Part shown: in pieces, positions 7,382-16,700 of the stretch
How the letters are laid out: each line of letters starts with the position of its first letter
Numbering within the stretch: the stretch's first letter is position 1
From: Muribaculaceae bacterium
GTDB taxonomy: Bacteria; Bacteroidota; Bacteroidia; Bacteroidales; Muribaculaceae
Length of the DNA stretch: 63,935 nt
Assembly (NCBI GenBank): GCA_029060285.1
Contig: JAIDUH010000005.1
Span: 1-63,935, forward strand
Reading direction: 5' to 3'
Notes under the pieces: generated by a model
The model's input: only the letters and a program-made list of their open reading frames with translations
Told to the model about the DNA's origin: nothing
The model's database searches: none
Program-made: the position numbers and the translations under genes

Positions 7382-8805
7382 AAGTTATTTCCTTATTTTG
7401 TGGCTGCGGTGGAATGGACTTAGGTCTATTAGGAGGTTTTGATTATTTAAATCAGAATTTTCCATCATTAGATTATGAAATAGTTATGGCTATTGACAAT
7501 GACCCATTCTGCACAAAAATATACAACCAAAACTTTGTGCATAAATGTGAGGTTATGGATGTGAGGGATTTAGAGATATCTAAATTGCCGGATATCGACA
7601 TGCTCATTGGAGGATTTCCTTGCCAATCATTCTCAATATCAGCCCAAAATCCCCCCAGGCTCGGATACAAAGACGAGAGAGGTATGTTATTTTTTGAGAT
7701 GGTAAAAATTCTTAAGAATAAGAAGCCTCGATTTTTTGTAGCAGAAAATGTAAAAGGATTATTATCTGCAAATAAAGGGAAAGCCTTTCCAATGATTTTG
7801 AAGGAATTTGAGAATGCAGGATATTATATAAAATTCAAGCTATTAAATGCATCAGAATTTGGTATTCCTCAAAAAAGAGAAAGGGTTATAATTATTGGCT
7901 TTAGAGATGAAACAGACTACGACCTTTTCTCATTTCCAAAACCCACTACTCTATTTAATAAGGTTCCACTTAAGTTAGCGGTGAACGAGTCGGATAACTA
8001 TAATGAAAAACTTTATTTCAGTCAAAAGGCAGTTGATGGCATGATGCGAGTAAGAGATAAAATGAACAAAGGACGCGCTCAATCTCTTGACGAACCTTGC
8101 AATACAATAAGTTCACATTTAGCAAAGGTCAGTTTAAACTCAACTGATCCGGTCCTTTATCTCAATGGCCGCTATCGTCGTTTCTCTAGTAAGGAATGTG
8201 CCAAAATCCAATCTTTTCCAGAAGATTTTCTTTGGGACTCTGTTTCTGAAGCTAAACAACTAAAGGCAATTGGAAACGCTGTGCCACCTGTCCTAATGTG
8301 GCATATAGCTAATGCTATTGAGACGACGGCAAACAGGTCAATAAAACAAGAAAAGCGACATAATAAATCAAATACTTATACATATCCTAATGATGAATGG
8401 GTTCAATTGTCTTTGTTTGAACCGGACACTCTATATTTATCGAAAGAAGAGAATGAACATACACTGATTGGCTCTTGTAGAAAAGGGATTATAGACTGGA
8501 TAAAACAATCTTCTAAGTATTGCTACCCTATTACAGAAGATGATATTTTGGCATTTCCTGATTTATTGAAAGTTAAAAGACTTTTCATACATCATAGAAG
8601 GAATTTAATTGGATATTATCAGGTAACAGCTACTGATATTGTAGTCAAAGCTGAATTAAGGGCATACGGATATCCTACAAGTAGCTCCCGACATAAAGCA
8701 GATACAAAATATATTTTGTTCTCGATGATTCCAACGGAAAAAAGCAATGATTTAGATTTTACGAAATTTTATCCAATAATAGGGAAAGGAATTCAGAATT
8801 TATAA
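7378..8805 (+). CDS. dcm: DNA (cytosine-5)-methyltransferase (M2) with a C-terminal extension of about 160 aa
   Basis: SLFCGCGG, GGFPCQSFS, AENV, PQKRER, GNAVPP. The extra C-terminal region includes QLSLFE. Confidence 0.93.
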   Translation: MKVISLFCGCGGMDLGLLGGFDYLNQNFPSLDYEIVMAIDNDPFCTKIYNQNFVHKCEVMDVRDLEISKLPDIDMLIGGFPCQSFSISAQNPPRLGYKDERGMLFFEMVKILKNKKPRFFVAENVKGLLSANKGKAFPMILKEFENAGYYIKFKLLNASEFGIPQKRERVIIIGFRDETDYDLFSFPKPTTLFNKVPLKLAVNESDNYNEKLYFSQKAVDGMMRVRDKMNKGRAQSLDEPCNTISSHLAKVSLNSTDPVLYLNGRYRRFSSKECAKIQSFPEDFLWDSVSEAKQLKAIGNAVPPVLMWHIANAIETTANRSIKQEKRHNKSNTYTYPNDEWVQLSLFEPDTLYLSKEENEHTLIGSCRKGIIDWIKQSSKYCYPITEDDILAFPDLLKVKRLFIHHRRNLIGYYQVTATDIVVKAELRAYGYPTSSSRHKADTKYILFSMIPTEKSNDLDFTKFYPIIGKGIQNL

Positions 8806-8864
8806 AAATGTCTTTGTCCACTAAAGTAGACTGAGAATAGATAAACTAATAATAACCAATAAGA

Positions 8865-9221
8865 ATGGACATTAGAAGTATTTGTGGGTCAGTTTTGGCA
8901 TTTATTGTAGGCATAGCTCGCATTGCTGGAGGAGTAATCAGCATTAGTTCATCAACTTCTGCCACTGAAACTTGGGTTGGGGTCGTGCTTATTGCTGTAG
9001 GGCTATTTATATGTCTGAGTATGACGATGCTTTTGATCAAGCGATCGATGTCTTGGTTTATGATGCTGGCTCTATCTGTAATCTTATTCTGGTTAGATGG
9101 TCTTGTGAACGGATTCCTTCTATACGGACATCCTCAAATGTCAGGACAGATCATCAATATCTGCTGCGTAATGGCAATATTGATGCTTTCCCGCCCTATT
9201 GTTAGGAATATGAATAATTAA
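8865..9221 (+). CDS. Small hypothetical integral membrane protein (about 4 TM)
   Basis: 118 aa, almost entirely hydrophobic segments. Lies in the AT-rich tract downstream of the RM operon. Confidence 0.65.
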   Translation: MDIRSICGSVLAFIVGIARIAGGVISISSSTSATETWVGVVLIAVGLFICLSMTMLLIKRSMSWFMMLALSVILFWLDGLVNGFLLYGHPQMSGQIINICCVMAILMLSRPIVRNMNN

Positions 9222-9271
9222 TGAGGGTTTTATCCACTTTATGATTGAATCCTAAAATATACAGGTAAAAT

Positions 9272-10081
9272 ATGAAATTCACGAAGATGCATGGTTGCGG
9301 CAATGACTATGTCTATATCGATTGCCGTGAGGGAGTGCCTGAGAATGTCAATGAGTTGGCAATCAAGCTTAGCGATAGGCACAAAGGGATCGGCGGCGAC
9401 GGCATAATACTCATCTGCTCTTCCGACAAGGCTGATTTCCTGATGCGTATATTCAATGCCGACGGTTCGGAGGGAAAGATGTGCGGCAACGGAATCCGCT
9501 GCGTGGCAAAATATGTCTTCGACAAGGGGCTGACCGACAAACATCATCTTGAAATTGACACACTATCCGGTGTCAAAATAATAGATATAGACCCGAAAGC
9601 CAAACCCGGCGACTATGAAACCTGGGTGACAGTAGATATGGGGAAACCGGAGACTGAGACTTTAGAAGAAACGATCAAGCTTTCCGATGGTTCGGAACTT
9701 ACAGGCAGCATCATTTCTATGGGAAATCCACATTTCGTGGTATACTCTGAGGAAACGCCATCAGATGCGATGGTACTTGGACAAGGACCGCTTGCCGAGA
9801 GACATGAGAGATTTCCTGATCGGTCAAACATCGAATTTGCTAAAGTTACCGGAAATGATGAAGTCGAGATGAGAGTTTGGGAACGAGGGAGCGGTGAGAC
9901 CATGGCATGCGGGACGGGGGCTTGCGCCACAGCCGTGGCTGCTATCCTTCGCGGACTGACCGGGACAGACGTGACTGTCCATTTGCGTGGAGGAGATTTG
10001 CGTATACGGCTTGATGAGAGAGGGCATGTCTTGATGACCGGACCGGCGGTCTCTGTCTTTGAGGGAAAAATCAACGATTAA
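9272..10081 (+). CDS. dapF: Diaminopimelate epimerase
   Basis: MKFTKMHGCGNDY, MCGNGIRC, SMGNPH, RVWERGSGETMACGTGACA. Confidence 0.97.
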   Translation: MKFTKMHGCGNDYVYIDCREGVPENVNELAIKLSDRHKGIGGDGIILICSSDKADFLMRIFNADGSEGKMCGNGIRCVAKYVFDKGLTDKHHLEIDTLSGVKIIDIDPKAKPGDYETWVTVDMGKPETETLEETIKLSDGSELTGSIISMGNPHFVVYSEETPSDAMVLGQGPLAERHERFPDRSNIEFAKVTGNDEVEMRVWERGSGETMACGTGACATAVAAILRGLTGTDVTVHLRGGDLRIRLDERGHVLMTGPAVSVFEGKIND

Positions 10082-10217
10082 CGATTAATGATCAACGATT
10101 AATGATCAACTAACAGAAAAGATATAACATGATATGTCATGATATATCATGATTAATCATGGTACATCATGATGAATTCTAAATTCTCAATTCTCAATTA
10201 ATTCTTAATTCTCAATT
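10073..10217. repeat. Composite micro-array: AAYGATY heptamers, a GATATATCAT-like decamer array and AATTCTC heptamers
   Basis: aacgatt aacgatt aatgatc aacgatt aatgatc (10073-10107); five 10-nt units at 10121-10170; aattcta aattctc aattctc...aattctc (10175-10213). Confidence 0.85.
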
Positions 10218-10224
10218 AAATCAG

Positions 10225-11448
10225 ATGATACAGGTAAATGATAATTTTTTGTTGCTGCCGGAGTCTTATCTTTTTTCGGAAGTAGCGAGAAGGGTAAAAG
10301 TATTTCAGGAGGAGAATCCTGAGGTGAAGGTGATTCGGATGGGGATTGGAGATGTGACGCGCCCCTTGTGCAAGGCTGCTATCGAAGCTATGCATCGTGC
10401 AGTGGAGGATGAAGCCGACACTGCAACTTTCCATGGTTATGGACCGGAACAGGGCTACGCTTTTCTGCGCGATAAGATTGCTGATTTCGACTATCAGAAG
10501 CGAGGGATAGCGATCTCTCCTGATGAAATTTTCATCGGTGACGGAGCGAAGAGCGACCTCGGCAACTTCTTTGACATATTGGCGCAAGACAGCACTGTGG
10601 CAGTGACAGATCCGGTATATCCGGTGTATGTAGACACCAACGTAATGGGAGGCCGCGGAGGCAAACGGCATGGCGAGCATCACGAAGGAATAATATATAT
10701 TCCATTAAATAAAGCAAATAAATATGTCCCTCAATTGCCGGAACAAAGACCGGACGTGATATATCTTTGCAGTCCCAACAATCCTACGGGAACAGCGATG
10801 ACTCGCGAGGAGCTAAAAAAATGGGTAGATTACGCACGGAAAGAAAATTCCCTTATTCTTTTTGACTCTGCCTATGAGGCTTATATACATAGCGAGGATG
10901 TGCCACATAGCATATATGAGATAGAAGGCGCGAAGGAAGTGGCTGTTGAATTCCGTAGTTTCTCCAAGACAGCCGGTTTCACCGGTGTGCGTTGTGGCTA
11001 TACAGTAGTGCCATTTGCTCTAATGGGACACGATTCGGAAGGAAATGAAGTTAGCCTAAATCGACTTTGGAACCGCCGTCAATGCACCAAATTCAATGGC
11101 GCTTCCTACATCTCACAGCGCGCTGCGGAAGCTGTCTACACACAGGAAGGAAGATCGCAAATTGAGGAAACGATTGAATATTATATGGAGAATGCACGAA
11201 TAATGCGCACGTCGCTGACTGCAGCCAGCTATGACGTGGTCGGAGGTGTTGATTCCCCATATATATGGCTAAAGACTCCAAAAGGAATGACGTCATGGGA
11301 ATTTTTCGATCATCTTCTAAAGGATCATGGTATAGTCGGAACGCCCGGATCAGGTTTCGGAGCAGAAGGAGAAGGCTATCTTCGGCTTACAGCATTCAAT
11401 ACCCATGAGGCGACAAGAGAAGCGATGCTCCGAATGCATAATTCATAA
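10225..11448 (+). CDS. dapL: LL-diaminopimelate aminotransferase
   Basis: [42 protein letters not shown]. Adjacent to dapF. Confidence 0.96.
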   Translation: MIQVNDNFLLLPESYLFSEVARRVKVFQEENPEVKVIRMGIGDVTRPLCKAAIEAMHRAVEDEADTATFHGYGPEQGYAFLRDKIADFDYQKRGIAISPDEIFIGDGAKSDLGNFFDILAQDSTVAVTDPVYPVYVDTNVMGGRGGKRHGEHHEGIIYIPLNKANKYVPQLPEQRPDVIYLCSPNNPTGTAMTREELKKWVDYARKENSLILFDSAYEAYIHSEDVPHSIYEIEGAKEVAVEFRSFSKTAGFTGVRCGYTVVPFALMGHDSEGNEVSLNRLWNRRQCTKFNGASYISQRAAEAVYTQEGRSQIEETIEYYMENARIMRTSLTAASYDVVGGVDSPYIWLKTPKGMTSWEFFDHLLKDHGIVGTPGSGFGAEGEGYLRLTAFNTHEATREAMLRMHNS

Positions 11449-11464
11449 TGCATAATTCATAATT
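11433..11464 (+). repeat. AATKCAT heptamer array spanning the dapL stop codon
   Basis: aatgcat aattcat aatgcat aattcat aatt. Confidence 0.85.
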
Positions 11465-11522
11465 GGCTACGCAATTCGGGATTGAACCGAAAGTGTATCG
11501 AAGGCGTTTATTGAATAGGGTT

Positions 11523-11603
11523 CTCAAAGACTTTAAAGACCTTAAGGACCTTAAAGACCTTAAAGACCTTAAAGACCTTAACGCCCCTAAACTCCTTAAA
11601 CTT
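11523..11603 (+). repeat. 9-mer tandem array (CTTAAAGAC)n
   Basis: About 6 near-perfect and 3 degenerate units. A related degenerate array lies at about 12228-12279. Confidence 0.9.
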
Positions 11604-11627
11604 ATTTTAATTAAAACACAAAATATT

Positions 11628-12071
11628 ATGGAAAACAATTTGAATATGGCAACAGCCCAGGCCGCGGCACAGGTATCAAAGACAGCGGCGGAAATTTCAT
11701 CAGAATCTGCAAAGATTGCAGCAGAATCCGGTTTTGCAGCAGCCAAAGATATGGCAGCTAACAAATTGGCTCAGGCCAAAGAAGCAACAGCAGACGCTAT
11801 AGCCGATGCTAAAGCTGCCGCTGCAGATAAGTTTGACGACGCCAAGGAGGCTGCACAAGCAGCCGCAGCTCAGGCACAAGATAAGGCTGCCGATCTGAAG
11901 GAAAACCTTCAGGACAACTTTGCTGATGCAAAGGACGCTCTCAGCGACAAGGTGGACCAAGCAAAGGATGCTATCAGCGGTTTCGCGGCCAAGGCTTTCG
12001 ACAAGTTCTCAGGATTAGCTGCCAAAGCTTCAGAAGCAGCCGCCCAAAAGGCAAAAGACCTCACTGAGTAA
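11628..12071 (+). CDS. Ala/Lys/Asp-rich LEA/hydrophilin-like repeat protein
   Basis: Roughly 11-residue amphipathic repeats (DAKAAAADKFD, DAKDALSDKVD). ATG at 11628 follows an A-rich leader; the upstream in-frame extension is just the 9-mer array. Confidence 0.75.
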   Translation: MENNLNMATAQAAAQVSKTAAEISSESAKIAAESGFAAAKDMAANKLAQAKEATADAIADAKAAAADKFDDAKEAAQAAAAQAQDKAADLKENLQDNFADAKDALSDKVDQAKDAISGFAAKAFDKFSGLAAKASEAAAQKAKDLTE

Positions 12072-12107
12072 GGATTAATGATCGATTATCGAAAGCATCG
12101 ACTTATG

Positions 12108-12148
12108 AAAAAAGAGGACTCATTCGGTGGATGAGTCCTCTTTTTTTT
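12108..12148 (+). terminator. Intrinsic terminator
   Basis: GAGGACTCAT-loop-ATGAGTCCTC followed by T8. Confidence 0.9.
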
Positions 12149-12290
12149 CGTCAAAACTTGCATATTTTATCCGAGATAATTGCTAATGCGCGGAGTTTTG
12201 ATTAACTTTGCAAAAACTATTAAAAATTTGAGAGACTTTAAAGTCTTTATGACCTTAAAGACATCAAAATCTTTATAACATTTGACAACT

Positions 12291-13373
12291 ATGAACAAGA
12301 TAGCAAGATACTTCGCAGCGGCTCTCTCTGTAGCTGCTATAGCTCTCGCCGGAGGATGCGGCGAAAAGGGATTCAAGATTGAAGGTCAGCTCGCTGATAG
12401 CGAAAACGACAAAGTTCTCCTTGAAAAGGCGGACTATTCAGGCTATTGGACCATCGTGGACTCCACCCGTACTGACAAAAAAGGGAATTTCAAATTTTCT
12501 CATCCTCAGCAAAGCGGGCCGGAGATATTCCGACTGACACTCGACGACAAGTATATCTATCTTCCCGTCGACTCAACAGAGACTTTGACAGTGGCAAGCT
12601 CAAAAGGTCAGTTCGGACATGACTTCACCGTATCCGGAACGGAGCAAGCTGCCCGTATGGCTCTGTTTGAGAAAGATCTCATCGCATTCGTGCCTTATAT
12701 TGGCAATGCAGATTCGCTCAAAAATTTCAAGAAGAAAATATACAATGAATATATGCACGACAGCAAAGGCAACGTCATGTCGTATTATATTCTGACAAAG
12801 ACCATTGGCAACCAGCCTCTTTTCGATCCCACTACAGATGACTTCCGCTATATAGTGGCAGTTGCCAACAACTATGACCACTACCGCCCGGATGACGCAC
12901 ACACACCATTCCTTCTCAACCTTGCAAGGGCTGCACAGCGTCATCACAACGACCAGAACGGAATACGCACCGTAATCAACGCTGAGGAAATCACCATGTT
13001 TGACATTGCCCTAAATGACGAAAACGGAAAAGAGAAGAAATTGTCTGACTTGGTTGGCAAAGGGAAACCTGTAGTGGTGGCCTTCACGCTCATGCGCGAT
13101 GGAGCAACTCCGGAGATCAACCGCCAGCTCGCCGAGCTATATAAGGCTGGAAGAATTGACATCTACAACGTCAGCCCTGACCGTGACCAGTATGGATGGC
13201 AGGAATCCGCTAAAAACCTTCCCTGGACAACAGTCTTAGATCCATCCGCCGGACAAGACAAGGCGTTCCGCCAATATAACGTAGGCGAACTTCCTACATT
13301 CTTCATCTACAACTCCAATGGAGAACTTACGGATCGCTGTGCCAACGTAAAAGAAATCAGGGAAAAACTCTGA
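12291..13373 (+). CDS. DUF4369 + thioredoxin-like (AhpC/TSA-type) lipoprotein lacking CXXC
   Basis: Lipobox LAGGC, N-terminal FKIEG...IVDST...GNFKF, C-terminal LSDLVGKGKPVVVAF...IYNVS...LPW...YNVGELPTFFI. Confidence 0.75.
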   Translation: MNKIARYFAAALSVAAIALAGGCGEKGFKIEGQLADSENDKVLLEKADYSGYWTIVDSTRTDKKGNFKFSHPQQSGPEIFRLTLDDKYIYLPVDSTETLTVASSKGQFGHDFTVSGTEQAARMALFEKDLIAFVPYIGNADSLKNFKKKIYNEYMHDSKGNVMSYYILTKTIGNQPLFDPTTDDFRYIVAVANNYDHYRPDDAHTPFLLNLARAAQRHHNDQNGIRTVINAEEITMFDIALNDENGKEKKLSDLVGKGKPVVVAFTLMRDGATPEINRQLAELYKAGRIDIYNVSPDRDQYGWQESAKNLPWTTVLDPSAGQDKAFRQYNVGELPTFFIYNSNGELTDRCANVKEIREKL

Positions 13374-13406
13374 ATAATTTGACTTCATAATTTAGAATAG
13401 TTTTTT

Positions 13407-13745
13407 ATGATGGATTGGAAGGATGCATTAGCTTCACTGAGCGGGCTTCCTGAAGGAGAGGAATCACCGGCTTCATTGAATGACGAGCAGACGAGCGAAA
13501 AATCTAATACCCAAAAATCAGCCCTCCACGTGCTTATAGAGAAAAAAGGACGTGGAGGAAAGACCGCGACCATCATCGAAGGTTTCGAAATTTCAGATGA
13601 AGAGATCGACGAAATTGCCCGCACACTCCGTAAGAAACTCGGCACAGGAGGGAGCGCCCGCGGCGGCGAAATACTCATACAAGGAGACCGGAAAAATGAC
13701 ACTGTCCGGCTCCTGAAGGAGATGGGCTTCAAGGTTAAGGGGTAA
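13407..13745 (+). CDS. SUI1/eIF1-family translation initiation factor (YciH-like)
   Basis: EKKGRGGKTATII, LRKKLGTGGS, ILIQGD. Confidence 0.9.
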   Translation: MMDWKDALASLSGLPEGEESPASLNDEQTSEKSNTQKSALHVLIEKKGRGGKTATIIEGFEISDEEIDEIARTLRKKLGTGGSARGGEILIQGDRKNDTVRLLKEMGFKVKG

Positions 13746-13748
13746 AGG

Positions 13749-16700
13749 TTGAATCGTTCATTTTTAAATTACAACGACGTGCTACAACTTCAGAGAGCAT
13801 CCGCAGGTTCGGGAAAAACATATACACTGGCAAAGAAGTTCATCGAGTATTATATCTCCTATTCCACTGAATCCGGAGAACGGCGTCTCAGACCGATCCG
13901 CTCTCTTAGGGACTCCTTGCAGCATATCCTTGCCATCACCTTCACCAACAAGGCGACCAACGAGATGAAACTTCGAATAGTAGAGAAACTCAACGCCTTG
14001 GCTTGCTGGACATCTGACATCCCCTGCTCAAAAGTAGACTATCTCGAGGATTTCACGAAGCAATTCAAATGCAGCCCACAAGAATTGGCATCGCACTGCA
14101 AATATGCCCTGAAAGTGCTGCTGACTGACTACGGTGACTTCAAGGTCTCCACAATAGACTCCTTTTTCCAGACAGTGTTGCGCACATTTGCTTATGAAGC
14201 CGACCTCGACGACACATATCAGCTGGAACTCGACTCCAACTACGTGACCCAAATGGGGCTTGACACGACACTTGACGAAATTGACACAGAAGAAAAGACA
14301 ACCCAAGGGACATCTTGGATAGAAAGCATGATGGAGGCAAAAGCTGCCTCCGGCAAAGGATGGAACATCTTTCAGAAAAACCAAAGCAAATATAGCGTAT
14401 ATGGAGAAATCCTGAATGCCAGCAGAAACCTAGCTAAAGAAGACTTCAAGGAAATAAGAGAAAGCCTTGACAAATACTTTAAAGAGCATCCTGATTTTTA
14501 TTCCACCTTCACTCGACTCTGTGAATTCTACGACCAACCGGTGCGTGACGCATTCTCCAAGATGAGGGAGGCAGCCAGAGCTGTCAGGGATGCTTTCAGC
14601 AATGCCGGACTTGACATGAATGCCACGGCAGGATTCCGCCTTGCATCAAGGGTGAAAAACATGGCTGAGTCTTGGAACTGGGACACCCCTACAGATAAAA
14701 ACGCCACCTTCAAGATTCCCCAATTTACCCGCAAGGGAACGTCTACAAGAGTGTTTGACCCGGACCCGAAAAAGAACAATCCTTATCTCGGCACTCCGGT
14801 AGAAGACCAAATCGAGGCTCTTGCAATAAAAATGTATGAATACTTCGACGCATGGCGCACCGAAGCATCTTCTCCAAAAATCAGAAGATGGAGGATCTAT
14901 CGTTCCACCTTGCCTTATGTCGGTCTACTACAAAGCGTAAGGACCAATTCAAGACTCTTCTTGACGGATAGCAATACAGTGGAGCTCGGTGAGACTAATT
15001 CCATCTTAAACCGCATCATCGGTGATGATGACACTCCATTTGTCTACGAACGGCTTGGAAGCCGCCTGGAGCACTTCCTTATCGACGAATTTCAGGATAC
15101 GAGCACCCTGCAATGGCGCAATATGCGTCCTCTCATTCGTGAGAGCGAGGCGAAAGGTCACGACAATCTAATCATTGGCGACCCAAAACAGAGCATCTAC
15201 CGTTTCCGCAATGCAGATCCAAGTCTTATCACGTCGAAAGTGCAAGAAGAATTTGCGGCAACCTGCCGCGAATGTGGCAACACGCCAAAAGAAAACACCA
15301 ATTGGCGCAGCAGCCTCAGGATTGTGAAATTCAACAATCTCTTCTTCAGGTTCTTTTCCAAAGAGCTAAAAGAGCAGATGGAGAAGCTATATGCAAATAC
15401 AGTGCAACCTGCCTCTCATACAGAAAACAAAGGGTTTGTCAAAATCCAGCTTTTTGAGAATGAAACTGACGATGACAACATACCCGCTCACTTCGATGAA
15501 ATTCCTGAATTAATCTCCGACATGCTCAGTCGGGGCTACCTGATGAGCGAAATAGCCATCCTCGTAGACACACATCAGCAGGGGACCCAGGTCATCGAAA
15601 ATATCATGCGCTACAACCAAAGAGACGACATCCAACAGAAAATCAACTTCATCAGTGCCGACTCCCTTGAAGCAGGAGAGTCGCCGGCTGTAGTGACTGT
15701 CATTTCCATACTCGAATCGATCAACAACGGCACCCAGGCCAAATTATATCCCAAAGAGGAAAGGAAAGAAAAGGGTGCCGGAGAATGGAGCAAACTGAGG
15801 GCTGACTTCAGTTTCTTTGCAATGCAGCATCCGGATGCACCGCTGTCAGAACTTCTCACAAGATTCCTGAACGGAGAATACAATCCGGATTCCATCCGCG
15901 ACATGCTCGCGAAGATGAGCACCACGGTGCTTCCGGCATTGGTGGAAAATATTATCCATAATTTCATTCCCCCTCATGCCCGCAAGTCGGAAGCTGCTTT
16001 TCTGGCTGCCCTTCAGGATATGGTCCTTGAATTCTGCGAAGGTCACACTTCCGACATTGCTTCCTTTCTGCAATGGTGGGATAAAAAAGGGCGCACCAAA
16101 TCCATAGCCTCTCCCGAAGATGCTGATGCCGTCAATATCATGACTGTACACAAGTCGAAAGGACTTGAATTCAGATGTGTCATTGTCCCGTATTCCAAAC
16201 AGACTACAAAACCTACATTCAACCTGCAGAAAGAATGGCTTTGGGTAGAGCCCGACCTTTCGGATGCGGAAGGAATACCTCAGATACCTTGGATACCGGT
16301 ATGGAGTGACTCAAAGCTTGAAGGGACCAAACATGAAAACGACTACAAAAAATATCTGGACAATTACAAGACGGATAAAGTAAATATGGCATATGTGGCA
16401 TATACACGTGCTGTAGATGAACTGTATATATACTCGCCATGCAAGCTCAAGGAGGATGGGGCCACACCTAATTCCCATCAAATCGGATCATTCCTGTGGA
16501 GATGTGGAGCTGAGGCTGACGACATAATTGCTGATATAAAAGAATCATATCCCGAAGCGTCAGATTTCATTCCAAATCCTGAAGAGATATTTGTTGACTT
16601 CGAAAACCGGTCATGGAGTTTTGGAGAAAAGCTGACTAATGAAGAAATCATCAAAGGAAGGAAAAAGAAAGAAGGATCGTCTGTGAATACAATTATATCA

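Noticed and set aside
11463-11627. N-terminal KDL-repeat extension of the LEA-like ORF
   Set aside because: It is the in-frame translation of the non-coding 9-mer array from a TTG. ATG 11628 has the typical A-rich leader.
10073-12279. Tandem repeats as a possible CRISPR array
   Set aside because: Units are 7-10 nt with no unique spacers, and there are no cas genes in the window.
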